From an uncultured bacterium (GTDB lineage: Bacteria; Vulcanimicrobiota; Xenobia; Xenobiales; Xenobiaceae): a stretch of 64,000 nucleotides of DNA. Below are positions 28,663 to 38,095 of this stretch, piece by piece; the first letter of the stretch is position 1, and each line of letters starts with the position of its first letter. The translations under genes and the position numbers were made by a program. Location of the stretch: the NCBI GenBank assembly GCA_934636825.1, contig CAKUBG010000011.1, positions 6,313 to 70,312 on the forward strand, given 5' to 3'. Below the pieces are notes generated by a model. That model saw nothing but the letters and a program-made list of their open reading frames with translations. It was not told where the DNA came from and searched no databases.

Positions 28663-29520
28663 CTAGTAGTTTGTAATAATAACTTCTTTTCCAACACGCT
28701 TTGATGCATCTCTGTTGATAGCTCGCCTAACATCTATAACTTTAATTTTGAATCCTTCGTACAGCTGATAAACAAGAGCCACATTATGATTACTCATCAT
28801 TACTTTAACTCCAATAGCATCTAGTCTTCTAAACAATGACGCTAATCTGCAATGATCGTCATATCCAAAACCATCTTTGGCATAATCAGTAAAATTAGCC
28901 GTTTCACTAATAGGAATGTATGGCGGATCGAAATATACAAAATCACTAGCGTGTACATCAGCACACGCTGCTTCAAAATCTCCACGGCGAATTTCTATTT
29001 CATATTTATTCAAATAATACCCGATACTGCGTAGATTTTCTTCACTCATAGAAGTCCCACCAACTTTGTTATTGTAGGGGACATTGAATATTCCGTGTGA
29101 ATTTACTCTATATAGCCCGTTAAAACAATGTTTATTTATCCATATAGTAAGAGCTGCGCACTCTGCATCAAGAACATGCTCAACTATTTTTTTGTTATAC
29201 GACTCTCTCATTAGTAAATAATAGTTTTTGTCGCATTCTACAGAATCAAAACTGGATAATATTTTTATTACAGCTTCTGCATCAAATTTGAGTTGACGAT
29301 AAACATTAAGCAATTGTTCATTTATATCATTAATTACTGCTCTTTCTGGCTGTACATCTAGTAAAAGAGCACCTCCACCAATAAATGGTTCAAAATATCT
29401 ATTATACGATTCAGGTATACACTCTTCTAACTTTCCAAGAAGCTGTCTTTTTCCACCTGCCCACTTTACAAATGGACTTATTTTTAATTTATTCACATGA
29501 CACCTCATACAAATTGCCAT
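28663..29520 (-). CDS. Dam-family (alpha-class) site-specific DNA adenine methyltransferase, predicted GATC
   Basis: PFVKWAGGKRQLL, FEPFIGGGAL (motif I), then YFDPPYIP (motif IV), the canonical Dam/DpnM order. The start may be the internal Met (MRCHV...). Confidence 0.88.
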   Translation of the reverse strand: MAICMRCHVNKLKISPFVKWAGGKRQLLGKLEECIPESYNRYFEPFIGGGALLLDVQPERAVINDINEQLLNVYRQLKFDAEAVIKILSSFDSVECDKNYYLLMRESYNKKIVEHVLDAECAALTIWINKHCFNGLYRVNSHGIFNVPYNNKVGGTSMSEENLRSIGYYLNKYEIEIRRGDFEAACADVHASDFVYFDPPYIPISETANFTDYAKDGFGYDDHCRLASLFRRLDAIGVKVMMSNHNVALVYQLYEGFKIKVIDVRRAINRDASKRVGKEVIITNY

Positions 29521-29613
29521 TTACGCGCTTTGATTATTAGCATTTTGTTATTGAATTACCACAATAGAAAGTAAAAAAGCTACAACTATTCTATTCTGGT
29601 AATAATTATGTTG

Positions 29614-30267
29614 CTATAGACTCATATGCCGGATATCATAGACAAATTGTCTCTGAAAATAAAATGCGTGATTCTTATTAGAAACATATCTACCATATAC
29701 TTCGGAATAAATCGGATGATACGGTCTAGAGTCTTTGCTGCGTACCTGAAGATGCCTACCGTTAGATGTATGAATAAAGCCATCTGAACTTTGTTCAATA
29801 TGATGTCTAAGTTGCTCACAAACAGAATAATAATCATTTTCCCAAATATTTTTTAAGTCGCCATATCGTGGTGAATTTAGATCAATATGTATACTAGGAA
29901 GATACATCCAGCTCTCAGGTTCTCCGTCTTTGCATACCGGGACGTAAAGTATATTTTTAATTTTTTCATAAAGATGCGTTTGCTCGAATGGTCGTTTTTG
30001 GATCAATTCATCTATGACACTACTAATCTGAGTGATAAATACAGTTTCTCTCGGATTTCCAGCTGCATCGCACTTATTTGTCTTCAGTTCACCATCATCA
30101 AAATCCAAGTTATTACTTGATAAACGCATTCCCAGCGATAACTCTAAAAGCTGACCTGTCTTTCCTTTATTAATCTTTATTGTGTTCATGTCTATTGGTG
30201 AAAACAGTTCGCCAAAGCGGATGCCTGCAAGTTTATTAAGCCTTATATGCGCTTCTGCAAGTTTCAT
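29614..30267 (-). CDS. MutH/Sau3AI-family endonuclease (predicted GATC-specific restriction or nicking enzyme)
   Basis: NKGKTGQLLELSLG aligns by eye with MutH DKGWIGVLLEIWLG. The catalytic D...E-x-K appears as DFDDGELKT, compared with MutH DFAALGVELKT. Size of 217 aa is similar to MutH. It is directly upstream of two methylases. Confidence 0.75.
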   Translation of the reverse strand: MKLAEAHIRLNKLAGIRFGELFSPIDMNTIKINKGKTGQLLELSLGMRLSSNNLDFDDGELKTNKCDAAGNPRETVFITQISSVIDELIQKRPFEQTHLYEKIKNILYVPVCKDGEPESWMYLPSIHIDLNSPRYGDLKNIWENDYYSVCEQLRHHIEQSSDGFIHTSNGRHLQVRSKDSRPYHPIYSEVYGRYVSNKNHAFYFQRQFVYDIRHMSL

Positions 30268-30689
30268 ATTTCTCTCCTTTACTTAACAAAACACAATTTT
30301 ACGAATCGTATTTGCTCCCCAATAATTCTAATACAAGTCAAGTCCAAAACTGTGTGTAAATTACATCATTTAAGACAGTATTCTCACGCAACTAAAGACT
30401 GCTGCTACTCTCCATATTTTTCTTTTTATTAAAGGTATTTACATTTTTCTGCCTACTTAAGCAGCAAAAATACAGGAATGAAACATTAACTTAACTAAAA
30501 ACAGCTAAAAAATTAACAAACCAGTTTTAGAATGGGAGTGAGTTTATAAAAATATCGATTTCATTAGGGGGTGTTGTACTGCGTATTCTCGGCTCTATAC
30601 AGTTGAGCATATTGCAGTAATTGTTTAAGCGACCTATTTGCGGTAATATTGTAGTGTGTTCCGAGGGGTTTGTCGCCAATTTCGGGGGG

Positions 30690-31997
30690 ATGGAGAAAGA
30701 GCCTGTTATACTGATGCGTAATTCTGAATCTTCAGCAGAACAGAAAAATGCCACTGCTTCTACGCAGGAAAATGGCAAGCTTCTTCATTTTGCTCAATAT
30801 CGCAATCCGGCCAGTTTTCGTCAGTATTGCGATTTAGCCGGAACTTTACAAGGTCAAGGTAGATACGAAGAGGCCAAATCGGCTTGGAACAAAGCCATTG
30901 AATTAGATCCGGAAAACATCAATATTCGCATAGACTTTGGCGTGGCCCTAGCTGAAACTGACGATATAGAAGGCGCTCTGTGCCAATTTGAAACAGCAGT
31001 AAAATTAGATCCCAACAATATTGACGCCAATTATCTTTTGGGCATGGCCCATTTTCATCTCGAGCACTTCGATTTGGCTTTAAAGTATTGGAAACGTTGC
31101 TTATCCGACAAAACTGGCCAATTGGAAGACGAGACCAGCTTGCGCATGTGTTTAGCCGAAGCCTATCGCGCTTTAGGACGTCCACACAAAGCCATTTTCC
31201 AGCTTAACAATATTTTAGAAAAAAATCCTGCCGACATAGACGCTTATAATTTGTTAGGTATGATTTTGCTGGAAATAGGTGAAAAAGCTTTCGCCATGGA
31301 TGTATTAAAGCGAGCTGTCGCTTGCAATCCTGATTTTTATCGTTCTCACTTAAATTTAGGCGTAGTCTATTTCGATTGTGGCGCTATCGATTTTGCCATT
31401 CACGAATTTAAAAGAGCTTGCCAATGTAATCCTAAAGATACCGATTCTTTTTACAATTTAGGGCGAGCCCTCACTATTAAGGGTGAGCTTTTACAAGCGT
31501 GCCAAGCTTTGGAAAAATCGCTGGAGCTTTCACCCAATCAACTTGATTGCCTAGATTTCTTGGGCAATTTAGAATTGTTACGCGGAGATTTTCAAGCAGC
31601 TTGCGGCCATTTTAATAAAATTTTAGCTCTAGATCCCAACAATATAGAAGCCCTTTGCTCTATAGCAGAATCAGAACATCGCCAATACAACTACCAAGAA
31701 GCCGAAGCCTATTTGCAACAAGCCTACAAATTAGCTCCAGAAAACCCTTTAGTGCACTACTCTTTAGCTTTGCTTTATCGCGATCAGAGCAAAAAGTTAG
31801 ATAAAGCAGTAAAACATATGCGCAAAGCTGTCGATTTACAGCAAAATAATCCTGAGTATCAACTACTTTATGGTGATATTTTGGCGCAAACTGATAAAGA
31901 AAGCAAAGCCAAAGACGCTTGGGAAAAAGCTATTGAATTAGATCCTTCTCTGGCCGACGACGTCCGTTCTCGCTTAAAAAAGTTTGACAAAAGCTAA
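30690..31997 (+). CDS. TPR-repeat protein
   Basis: ATG at 30690 preceded by gggggg. At least 9 recognisable 34-aa TPR units (for example AKSAWNKAIELDPENI, ALCQFETAVKLDPNNI, AKDAWEKAIELDPS). Confidence 0.8.
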   Translation: MEKEPVILMRNSESSAEQKNATASTQENGKLLHFAQYRNPASFRQYCDLAGTLQGQGRYEEAKSAWNKAIELDPENINIRIDFGVALAETDDIEGALCQFETAVKLDPNNIDANYLLGMAHFHLEHFDLALKYWKRCLSDKTGQLEDETSLRMCLAEAYRALGRPHKAIFQLNNILEKNPADIDAYNLLGMILLEIGEKAFAMDVLKRAVACNPDFYRSHLNLGVVYFDCGAIDFAIHEFKRACQCNPKDTDSFYNLGRALTIKGELLQACQALEKSLELSPNQLDCLDFLGNLELLRGDFQAACGHFNKILALDPNNIEALCSIAESEHRQYNYQEAEAYLQQAYKLAPENPLVHYSLALLYRDQSKKLDKAVKHMRKAVDLQQNNPEYQLLYGDILAQTDKESKAKDAWEKAIELDPSLADDVRSRLKKFDKS

Positions 31998-32127
31998 AAT
32001 TTCACCAACTTAAGTGCTTATATTTTTATTACGGCCATCAAGCCTTTATAGGCAGGCTAAAAAGTCAGCCAAGCGGAATAGCGGAGGGCTTAATTGAGTT
32101 CTTTTTAGTCTGGAAAGATTTAAATTT

Positions 32128-33813
32128 ATGAATATTTCACTTTTAGGCGATAGCAAATTGCTTTTTATTATGGCTTTAGCTGCTATTGTCTCTATGCTGA
32201 CTACTCTAAATACAGCTGCCCGTCCGGCCGCTATTCGCACCAAGCAAGTAGCTTTGTCTTTAGCCGTGTCAGCTGTATTCTTCATGTTTACGCGTTTTGC
32301 TAACCTTTTTTATTTGCCAATTTTGGGCAAATATGTTGACAGAGCTGTGCAAAGCGGCAACGTAAACATGTTGTACGAACAAATCCAATGGGTCGTACTC
32401 AGCTCAGCTTTGGGCGCTTTACTTTCTTGGTTGTTATTGCCAACTTTTACAGCCATCTACGAACGTGGTATTGCCAGTATAACGGTGCGCGGCTCCATGT
32501 TAAAAATGCTCTTGGCTCTTCCCTCTCTGCGCGGAATAAAAGCTTTATTTGGCTGTTTGCGCTCTCCTTTAGAACTCAAAACTTGGGCTTGTCCAAATTG
32601 TGCTACTTCAACTGATGAAGCGACTGAAGAGCCTTTCGCTTTACCCTGGGATTTGCTCAGTTGGAATATTTTTGCTACCGCTGTTTGGACAGTTGGCGCC
32701 TTGGCTGCTTTGCAAGTCAGCGCTCTTTATCCAGATCTGGCAGCCACCGCCGTGCTTCTTTCCGGTTTAGTCAACTCATTTGCGGCCATTGCTTTTAGTC
32801 TTTTTGTCGATCCCAAAGCGGCCGTTATTACCGACCAAGCAGTATCAGGCCAACGTCCAGCCAATCATGTCTTGCAACTTACTTTCCATCTGGGACTAGG
32901 AAACTTTGTAGGCGGTTTGCTCGGCTTATTCACCTTTCCGTTAGCTATCAAAATTATTAGCTTAGCTACCGAAAGACTGGGCCACGCCAAAATGGATGAA
33001 AACATGTGGCTGGTCATTGGCCTTAATGTAGTTGTCACTTGCTTAATGTGCACTTCTTTAAGTTCACGTATTTCTGCCGTAATTACCAAAAACGTAGCTA
33101 CGGCACTAGCTATTTACAATGTTTTCTTCTTAATTACTCGTTTGACAACCCAAGTATACGCCCCTATTTTAGGTTCGGTAAGAGACTCAGTGGTAAAAGG
33201 AGCCGCTTCGGCTGCCGAGCTATTGCCTCTCTTCCGCTGGGTAATTGGCGGAGCCACTTTAGGTACCGTCATAGGTTGGTTACTCATGCCCACTTTTGTA
33301 GCCATTTACAATACAGCTATAAAAGCTTTAGAGCGAAGAGGCGGCTCTATGGCTACTTTGCTTAAAGACTTAGCTAAACCAAAATATTGGAGCAAAGTAT
33401 GGCAATGCTGGCGTAAGCCTTCCAATTTTGGAGTTTTACTTAGCGATCTTAAAATATTGCCCAAGAGCTTTTTATTAGCCAATGTTTTTGTTATCGGTAT
33501 TCATGTTATTGGTGTTTTAGCTGCCATTCAAGCCGGCGCAGAACTGACAGGCCACTTGGCCCGTACCGCAACTTTGCTCTCTTCAGTAATTAACGGCGCA
33601 GCCACTATTTTGGGCAGCGTTATTGTCGATCCAACTGCGGCAAAAATTACCGATGAAGCTGTAAATGGAAAACGCTCTTTACACGAAGTCGAAGCTATGG
33701 CAGTATTTCTTTGCTTTGGTTCGATTTTAGGTACCGTACTTTCTCAATTACTTTTTATCCCTAGTGTAAAAATTATTATTCTGGGAGCTAAAATTTTAGG
33801 AGCTATATTCTAA
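32128..33813 (+). CDS. amj: Tandem-duplicated Amj-like (DUF2837, alternate lipid II flippase family) membrane protein
   Basis: The two halves are mutually similar: FTRFANLFYLPILGKYVD / ITRLTTQVYAPILGSVRD; WLLLPTFTAIY / WLLMPTFVAIY; LFVDPKAAVITDQAVSGQR / VIVDPTAAKITDEAVNGKR. These blocks match my recollection of conserved blocks of B. subtilis Amj. Confidence 0.6.
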   Translation: MNISLLGDSKLLFIMALAAIVSMLTTLNTAARPAAIRTKQVALSLAVSAVFFMFTRFANLFYLPILGKYVDRAVQSGNVNMLYEQIQWVVLSSALGALLSWLLLPTFTAIYERGIASITVRGSMLKMLLALPSLRGIKALFGCLRSPLELKTWACPNCATSTDEATEEPFALPWDLLSWNIFATAVWTVGALAALQVSALYPDLAATAVLLSGLVNSFAAIAFSLFVDPKAAVITDQAVSGQRPANHVLQLTFHLGLGNFVGGLLGLFTFPLAIKIISLATERLGHAKMDENMWLVIGLNVVVTCLMCTSLSSRISAVITKNVATALAIYNVFFLITRLTTQVYAPILGSVRDSVVKGAASAAELLPLFRWVIGGATLGTVIGWLLMPTFVAIYNTAIKALERRGGSMATLLKDLAKPKYWSKVWQCWRKPSNFGVLLSDLKILPKSFLLANVFVIGIHVIGVLAAIQAGAELTGHLARTATLLSSVINGAATILGSVIVDPTAAKITDEAVNGKRSLHEVEAMAVFLCFGSILGTVLSQLLFIPSVKIIILGAKILGAIF

Positions 33814-33831
33814 AAATTTGCGGAGTAAAAA

Positions 33832-34290
33832 ATGAGCGAAAAAATTACCAACGTCATGCGTATTTTAAAGCAGAAGAAAATACCTTTTGTCGAGCATACT
33901 TACGCAGCCGATCCCACTAAAACTGCTGAAGACATTGCTCAAGAAGTAGGTCTGCCTCCCGAGCGCGTTTTTAAAACCTTGGTAACGATAGGGCGCAGTA
34001 AAAACCATTACGTTTTTGTCATACCTTCTTATGGCCATCTAGACTTAAAAAAAGCCGCAGCAATAGTAAAAGAAAAATCTATAGAAATGATCCCTCAAAA
34101 AGAACTTCTGCCCCTTACAGGCTACGTTCACGGAGGTTGCTCACCTATAGGCATGAAAAAAGCTTTTCCTACTTTTATAGATGAAAGCTGTCTGCAATTT
34201 GACACTATTGCTATTAGCGCTGGTAAAGTAGGTTTTCAAGTAGAATTGGATATAAAGTTACTCAATTTTCCGACAGCTTCACTAATATAG
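33832..34290 (+). CDS. ybaK: Cys-tRNA(Pro)/Cys-tRNA(Cys) deacylase (YbaK/EbsC family)
   Basis: FKTLV, HLDLKK...A, TGYVHGGCSPIG; YbaK-size protein of 152 aa. Confidence 0.75.
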   Translation: MSEKITNVMRILKQKKIPFVEHTYAADPTKTAEDIAQEVGLPPERVFKTLVTIGRSKNHYVFVIPSYGHLDLKKAAAIVKEKSIEMIPQKELLPLTGYVHGGCSPIGMKKAFPTFIDESCLQFDTIAISAGKVGFQVELDIKLLNFPTASLI

Positions 34291-34336
34291 ATTTTTCTAA
34301 AAATCGAAAAAAAAACGGTTGTTACACATAAAAAAA

Positions 34337-34366
34337 GGCGCTCCACAAAATGGACGCCTTTCTCAT
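34337..34366 (+). terminator. Possible terminator after ybaK
   Basis: ggcgctcca / tggacgcc arms (one bulge), followed by tttctcattt. Confidence 0.4.
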
Positions 34367-34403
34367 TTGCTCTTTCACGAGCAGTTCTTTATATTAACGG
34401 CAA

Positions 34404-35054
34404 CTATTTGGCAATTGCTTTCAGCCAAGCAGAAACTTTTTCTTGAGCTTGATTGAGCTCGCCATCATAAATAGCCAAACCTTCAGTAATTGAAGCTTTA
34501 TGAGCAGCCTTACGCAAATCGTCAATACCGGTCATACCACTGCCACCGTGAGTACTAAATGGAGCGATAGTTTTACCCTCTAAATTGGCTTGCTCGGTAA
34601 AAGTAAGTACGGCCATAGGGCAAGTTCCCCACCAACAAGGATAACCGATATAAACCGTATCATACTGGCTAAGATCGGGCATTTGACCTTTTAATTTAGG
34701 TCGTTCATTGGCAGCCTTTTCTTTTTTAGCTTCGTCAGTACAAGCACGATATTCGCTAGGATAAACTTTCTCCGTCTCAATACGGAATAAATCGGCGCCA
34801 GTCTCTTTGGCAATTTCTTCGGCTACTTGCTTAGTATTGCCGCTATAGGAGAAGTAAACAACTATAGCTCGCTTATCTTTACTTTGATTAGCCTGAGCCA
34901 CAGTTTTTACTTCAGCAGTATGAACAGCTGCTTTGTCATTTTGATTGGAAACGGACGAATTAGAAGCGCCATTATTAGCAGCATTGCTGCTACAAGCCGA
35001 CAGACTAAGTAAAACAAAAAGAGCAATTAAAATGTGTAAAAGCGAATTTTTCAA
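34404..35054 (-). CDS. Flavodoxin-like lipoprotein
   Basis: Lipobox LSLSAC. Flavodoxin_4-type motif VVYFSYSGNTKQVAEEIA and a WWG segment. Confidence 0.7.
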   Translation of the reverse strand: MKNSLLHILIALFVLLSLSACSSNAANNGASNSSVSNQNDKAAVHTAEVKTVAQANQSKDKRAIVVYFSYSGNTKQVAEEIAKETGADLFRIETEKVYPSEYRACTDEAKKEKAANERPKLKGQMPDLSQYDTVYIGYPCWWGTCPMAVLTFTEQANLEGKTIAPFSTHGGSGMTGIDDLRKAAHKASITEGLAIYDGELNQAQEKVSAWLKAIAK

Positions 35055-35096
35055 GAGCTTTACCTCGTCGTAATAAAAAATACATCAAAAAAGTGA

Positions 35097-35132
35097 AAAA
35101 CGCTTTGCGGCTCAAGCTTCGCAAAGCGTTTT
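35097..35132. terminator. Strong bidirectional terminator hairpin
   Basis: 13-nt perfect arms aaaacgctttgcg (35097-35109) and cgcaaagcgtttt (35120-35132). Located downstream of the minus-strand 136-aa gene. Confidence 0.7.
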
Positions 35133-35237
35133 TGGCTTGTGTTCAGGAGCCGCCTTAAGCTTACAACCTAAAGCGCACTTTAGGTCAAGCTCCAAGAAAC
35201 ACTTTTACTCTTTACCTTTGTCTTTAGCAGCATCTAG

Positions 35238-35648
35238 CTATTCCAATTCAATTAGACCATCAACTATTTTTTTAATAAAGCGCTCCGGTACATCTTTACC
35301 AGAAAAGCTATAATAGGAACCTTTGCGCCAAGAGGAAATCCAATCAGCTCTGAAAGCAACTCCCTCTTCCGAATCTTTGGGATAAACTTCAGCTGTGCCT
35401 TTTCCATAAAGGATATTACTGAACTGGACTTGCTTTTCTCCGGGAAAGACGTCGCCTACTCCACCGTTGCAACCGAAAATTTTTACTTCTCCGCCCATAC
35501 CGTTGGAATAAGTTAATACGTAAGAAGCTCCTAAAGGCGACATATAATCCACATCAACATTGACAAGCTGCAAATCATCATCCATGCCGCAATAATAAAA
35601 AACGGGAAAAGGTAAAGCTTTCAGCTGGTTCATTTGCTGCTCGTTCAT
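35238..35648 (-). CDS. Hypothetical protein (136 aa)
   Basis: ORF with an ATG start and its own terminator. No recognisable motif. Confidence 0.35.
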   Translation of the reverse strand: MNEQQMNQLKALPFPVFYYCGMDDDLQLVNVDVDYMSPLGASYVLTYSNGMGGEVKIFGCNGGVGDVFPGEKQVQFSNILYGKGTAEVYPKDSEEGVAFRADWISSWRKGSYYSFSGKDVPERFIKKIVDGLIELE

Positions 35649-35798
35649 ATTATATTTAAGACCTTTCTAGTTAAAAAAATACTAAAAGAGCTGATCCGAA
35701 GCCGCCCCCAACCTCGATGACAGTGTTTTTTTTCGTCTACCCCAAGCAAAAGCCTGCTCTATCAAACTAAGCTTAAAAACCGCAGCTCAATTAGCTAA

Positions 35799-38078
35799 TT
35801 AGCTATCTACACGCTTAACATCTTCACAAGCTATAGGCAAACATTCACCGGGACGGCTCTTAAAGCGCACCCATAATTTGCCGGAAGCTATAAAAGATAC
35901 GGTGCCCAAACCATTAACTTTATGCTCAACGGTACAACCAGCAGGGAAATTGATAGCAATTTCGCGGCGACGGAATTTGCGCACTTGAGGAGGCATAATG
36001 GTGATTTGTCTGACTCTTTCTGTAGAAGTTACGCGCTGCTCCTTGAGCTCTTCGCTGCCGGCGCGGAAAGGACGCCCTGAAGACAATTTTTGCGCTACAG
36101 CTTTGGCTTTCCAACCATTGCTACTTTTAACTTCAATTTGCTTTAAGGGCATTTCATAGATAAAACGCGACAACTCTGAATCTTGGTCGCCACGATGGCA
36201 AGCTGCCGTAAGATACAGCATATCTTTAGCTCTAGTTAAGCCGACATAGCAAAGGCGTCGCTCTTCTTCCACTCCTTTGTCTCCGTCGACTAAAGATCGG
36301 TGGTGAGGCAAAAATCCATCTTCCATACCAACTAAGAAAACAACCGGAAATTCCAATCCTTTGGAAGTATGGATAGTCATTAAGACTAAACTGTCTTGCT
36401 TGTCGGCGCTTTCATCAAATTCATCACGACCAGAAATTAAAGATATTTCGTTTAAAAAAGCCCGCAACGGCAACTCACCTTCGTAATTGGGGCTATGGCG
36501 TTCTTTTTGAAAGCGTCTATCAAAATCAGTCAATACTTCCAAAAGTTCTTGTAAGTTTTCTCCCCGCTCTTGATCTTCTTCCGAATCGCTGGAGAGCAAC
36601 TTTTCCTTATAGCCCGTTTCTTCTAAAACAACTCTTACTAATTCAGCCAAAGAACAATCAGGGCTTAGGGCTTGCTTTTTCAATTCTTCCAAACGATCAT
36701 ATAATTTTCGACAGCGCCCTACATAGGAAGCAGCTACTGCAGCCTGATCTGCTAATCCTAAAGCATGCATAATGGGAATGCCGTTATGAGCAGCATAAGC
36801 AACTATTTTAGCGAAAGTACTTTCTCCCAAACCACGCGTATTTTTAATAATTCGCTCTAAAGCCACCGAGTCGCTGGGATTGCCCAAAACATAAAGATAA
36901 GCCAAAATATCACGAATTTCTTTACGATCATAGAAACGGCGTCCGCCGACAATTTGGTAGCTTATACCCTCTTCACGCAACAATATTTCTTCAAAGTTGC
37001 GGCTTTGAAAATTGGATCTATATAAAATGGCAATATCGGAATAGCGATAACCACATTGTTGTACCAAACATTTGCAAGCTTGCACTACAAAGAGAGCTTC
37101 ACTGCGTGAGTCGTCAGTAATATACACATATGGCAAAGTACCGTCGGTGCGATTGCTCCATAAATTTTTTACTTTGCGATCAGAATTGTGGCTGACAACT
37201 AAGTTGGCAACATCTAAAATTTGCTGCGTAGAGCGATAATTTTGTTCCAACTTGATAACTTTGGCGTCGTGAAAATCTTTTTCAAAGCGCAAGATAATAG
37301 AAATATCGGCTCCGCGAAAACCGTAAATGCTTTGATCATCGTCACCTACGGCACAGAAGTTTCTATCCTCATTTAAAAGCAAACGCAATAATTCATATTG
37401 TATAGGATTTACATCCTGAAATTCGTCTACCAAAATATAACGCAAATGACGGCGATATTTTTCACAAACGTCTGGATTATTGGAGAATAATTCGACTGTA
37501 TAAACCAAAATATCGTCAAAATCAAGAGAATCGTTTTCACGCAAACGACGATTGTAAGCTTGATAAATGGGAATAAGTAAACGCTCTTGAGCTAAAAGAG
37601 GGCTTAAATCTTCAGGCTTGCGGCGAGCATTTTTGCAAGCGCTAATGGCACTGAGCAAATCGCGCGGAGAGTGCTTTTGACCATCGATATTAAGTTCTTT
37701 TAAGATGTCGCGCATTAAGGCTATTTGCGCTTCGGTATCGTAAATGGAAAAGCTGGAGCTGACGTCAAGATATTTGGCCTCTCTCCGCAACCAACGAGCG
37801 CAAACAGAATGGAAAGTGCCAACATTGGAAAAAAAGCCGCTGCCGCAAAGCCCTTCAATGCGCTCAACCATTTCACGCGCAGCTTTATTAGTAAAAGTTA
37901 CAGCTAAAATTTGTGAGCGCTGGGCCAACCCAGATTGTAAAATCCAAGCGATGCGCTTAGTTAATACGGTAGTTTTGCCGCTACCAGCCCCGGCTAAAAT
38001 AAGCAAAGGGCCCTCGGTAGTAGTGACAGCCTCAGCTTGCTGCGGATTCAGTCCTGTCAGAATAGACTCCATAGTCAC
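35799..38078 (-). CDS. UvrD/PcrA/Rep-family SF1 DNA helicase
   Basis: GPLLILAGAGSGKTTVL (Walker A), ILVDEFQDVN, YRSTQQIL, TIHTSKGLEFPVVF, VGLTRAKD; C-terminal Tudor-like extension. Confidence 0.9.
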   Translation of the reverse strand: MTMESILTGLNPQQAEAVTTTEGPLLILAGAGSGKTTVLTKRIAWILQSGLAQRSQILAVTFTNKAAREMVERIEGLCGSGFFSNVGTFHSVCARWLRREAKYLDVSSSFSIYDTEAQIALMRDILKELNIDGQKHSPRDLLSAISACKNARRKPEDLSPLLAQERLLIPIYQAYNRRLRENDSLDFDDILVYTVELFSNNPDVCEKYRRHLRYILVDEFQDVNPIQYELLRLLLNEDRNFCAVGDDDQSIYGFRGADISIILRFEKDFHDAKVIKLEQNYRSTQQILDVANLVVSHNSDRKVKNLWSNRTDGTLPYVYITDDSRSEALFVVQACKCLVQQCGYRYSDIAILYRSNFQSRNFEEILLREEGISYQIVGGRRFYDRKEIRDILAYLYVLGNPSDSVALERIIKNTRGLGESTFAKIVAYAAHNGIPIMHALGLADQAAVAASYVGRCRKLYDRLEELKKQALSPDCSLAELVRVVLEETGYKEKLLSSDSEEDQERGENLQELLEVLTDFDRRFQKERHSPNYEGELPLRAFLNEISLISGRDEFDESADKQDSLVLMTIHTSKGLEFPVVFLVGMEDGFLPHHRSLVDGDKGVEEERRLCYVGLTRAKDMLYLTAACHRGDQDSELSRFIYEMPLKQIEVKSSNGWKAKAVAQKLSSGRPFRAGSEELKEQRVTSTERVRQITIMPPQVRKFRRREIAINFPAGCTVEHKVNGLGTVSFIASGKLWVRFKSRPGECLPIACEDVKRVDS

Positions 38079-38095
38079 AGAAAGTCACCCCTTTA

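Noticed and set aside
27840-30620. Mobile-element call (integrase, transposase or flanking direct repeats) for the AT-rich R-M island.
   Set aside because: No recombinase ORF or terminal repeats are visible at the island borders. The only tyrosine recombinase (63362 onward) is 33 kb away, and its conserved context after rnhB suggests the housekeeping Xer recombinase.
30527-30689. 83-aa minus-strand ORF and the TTG-initiated 23-codon extension of the TPR gene.
   Set aside because: The TPR protein has a good ATG with a G-rich RBS at 30690. The antisense ORF overlaps it and lies in promoter-like AT-rich DNA with no supporting features.
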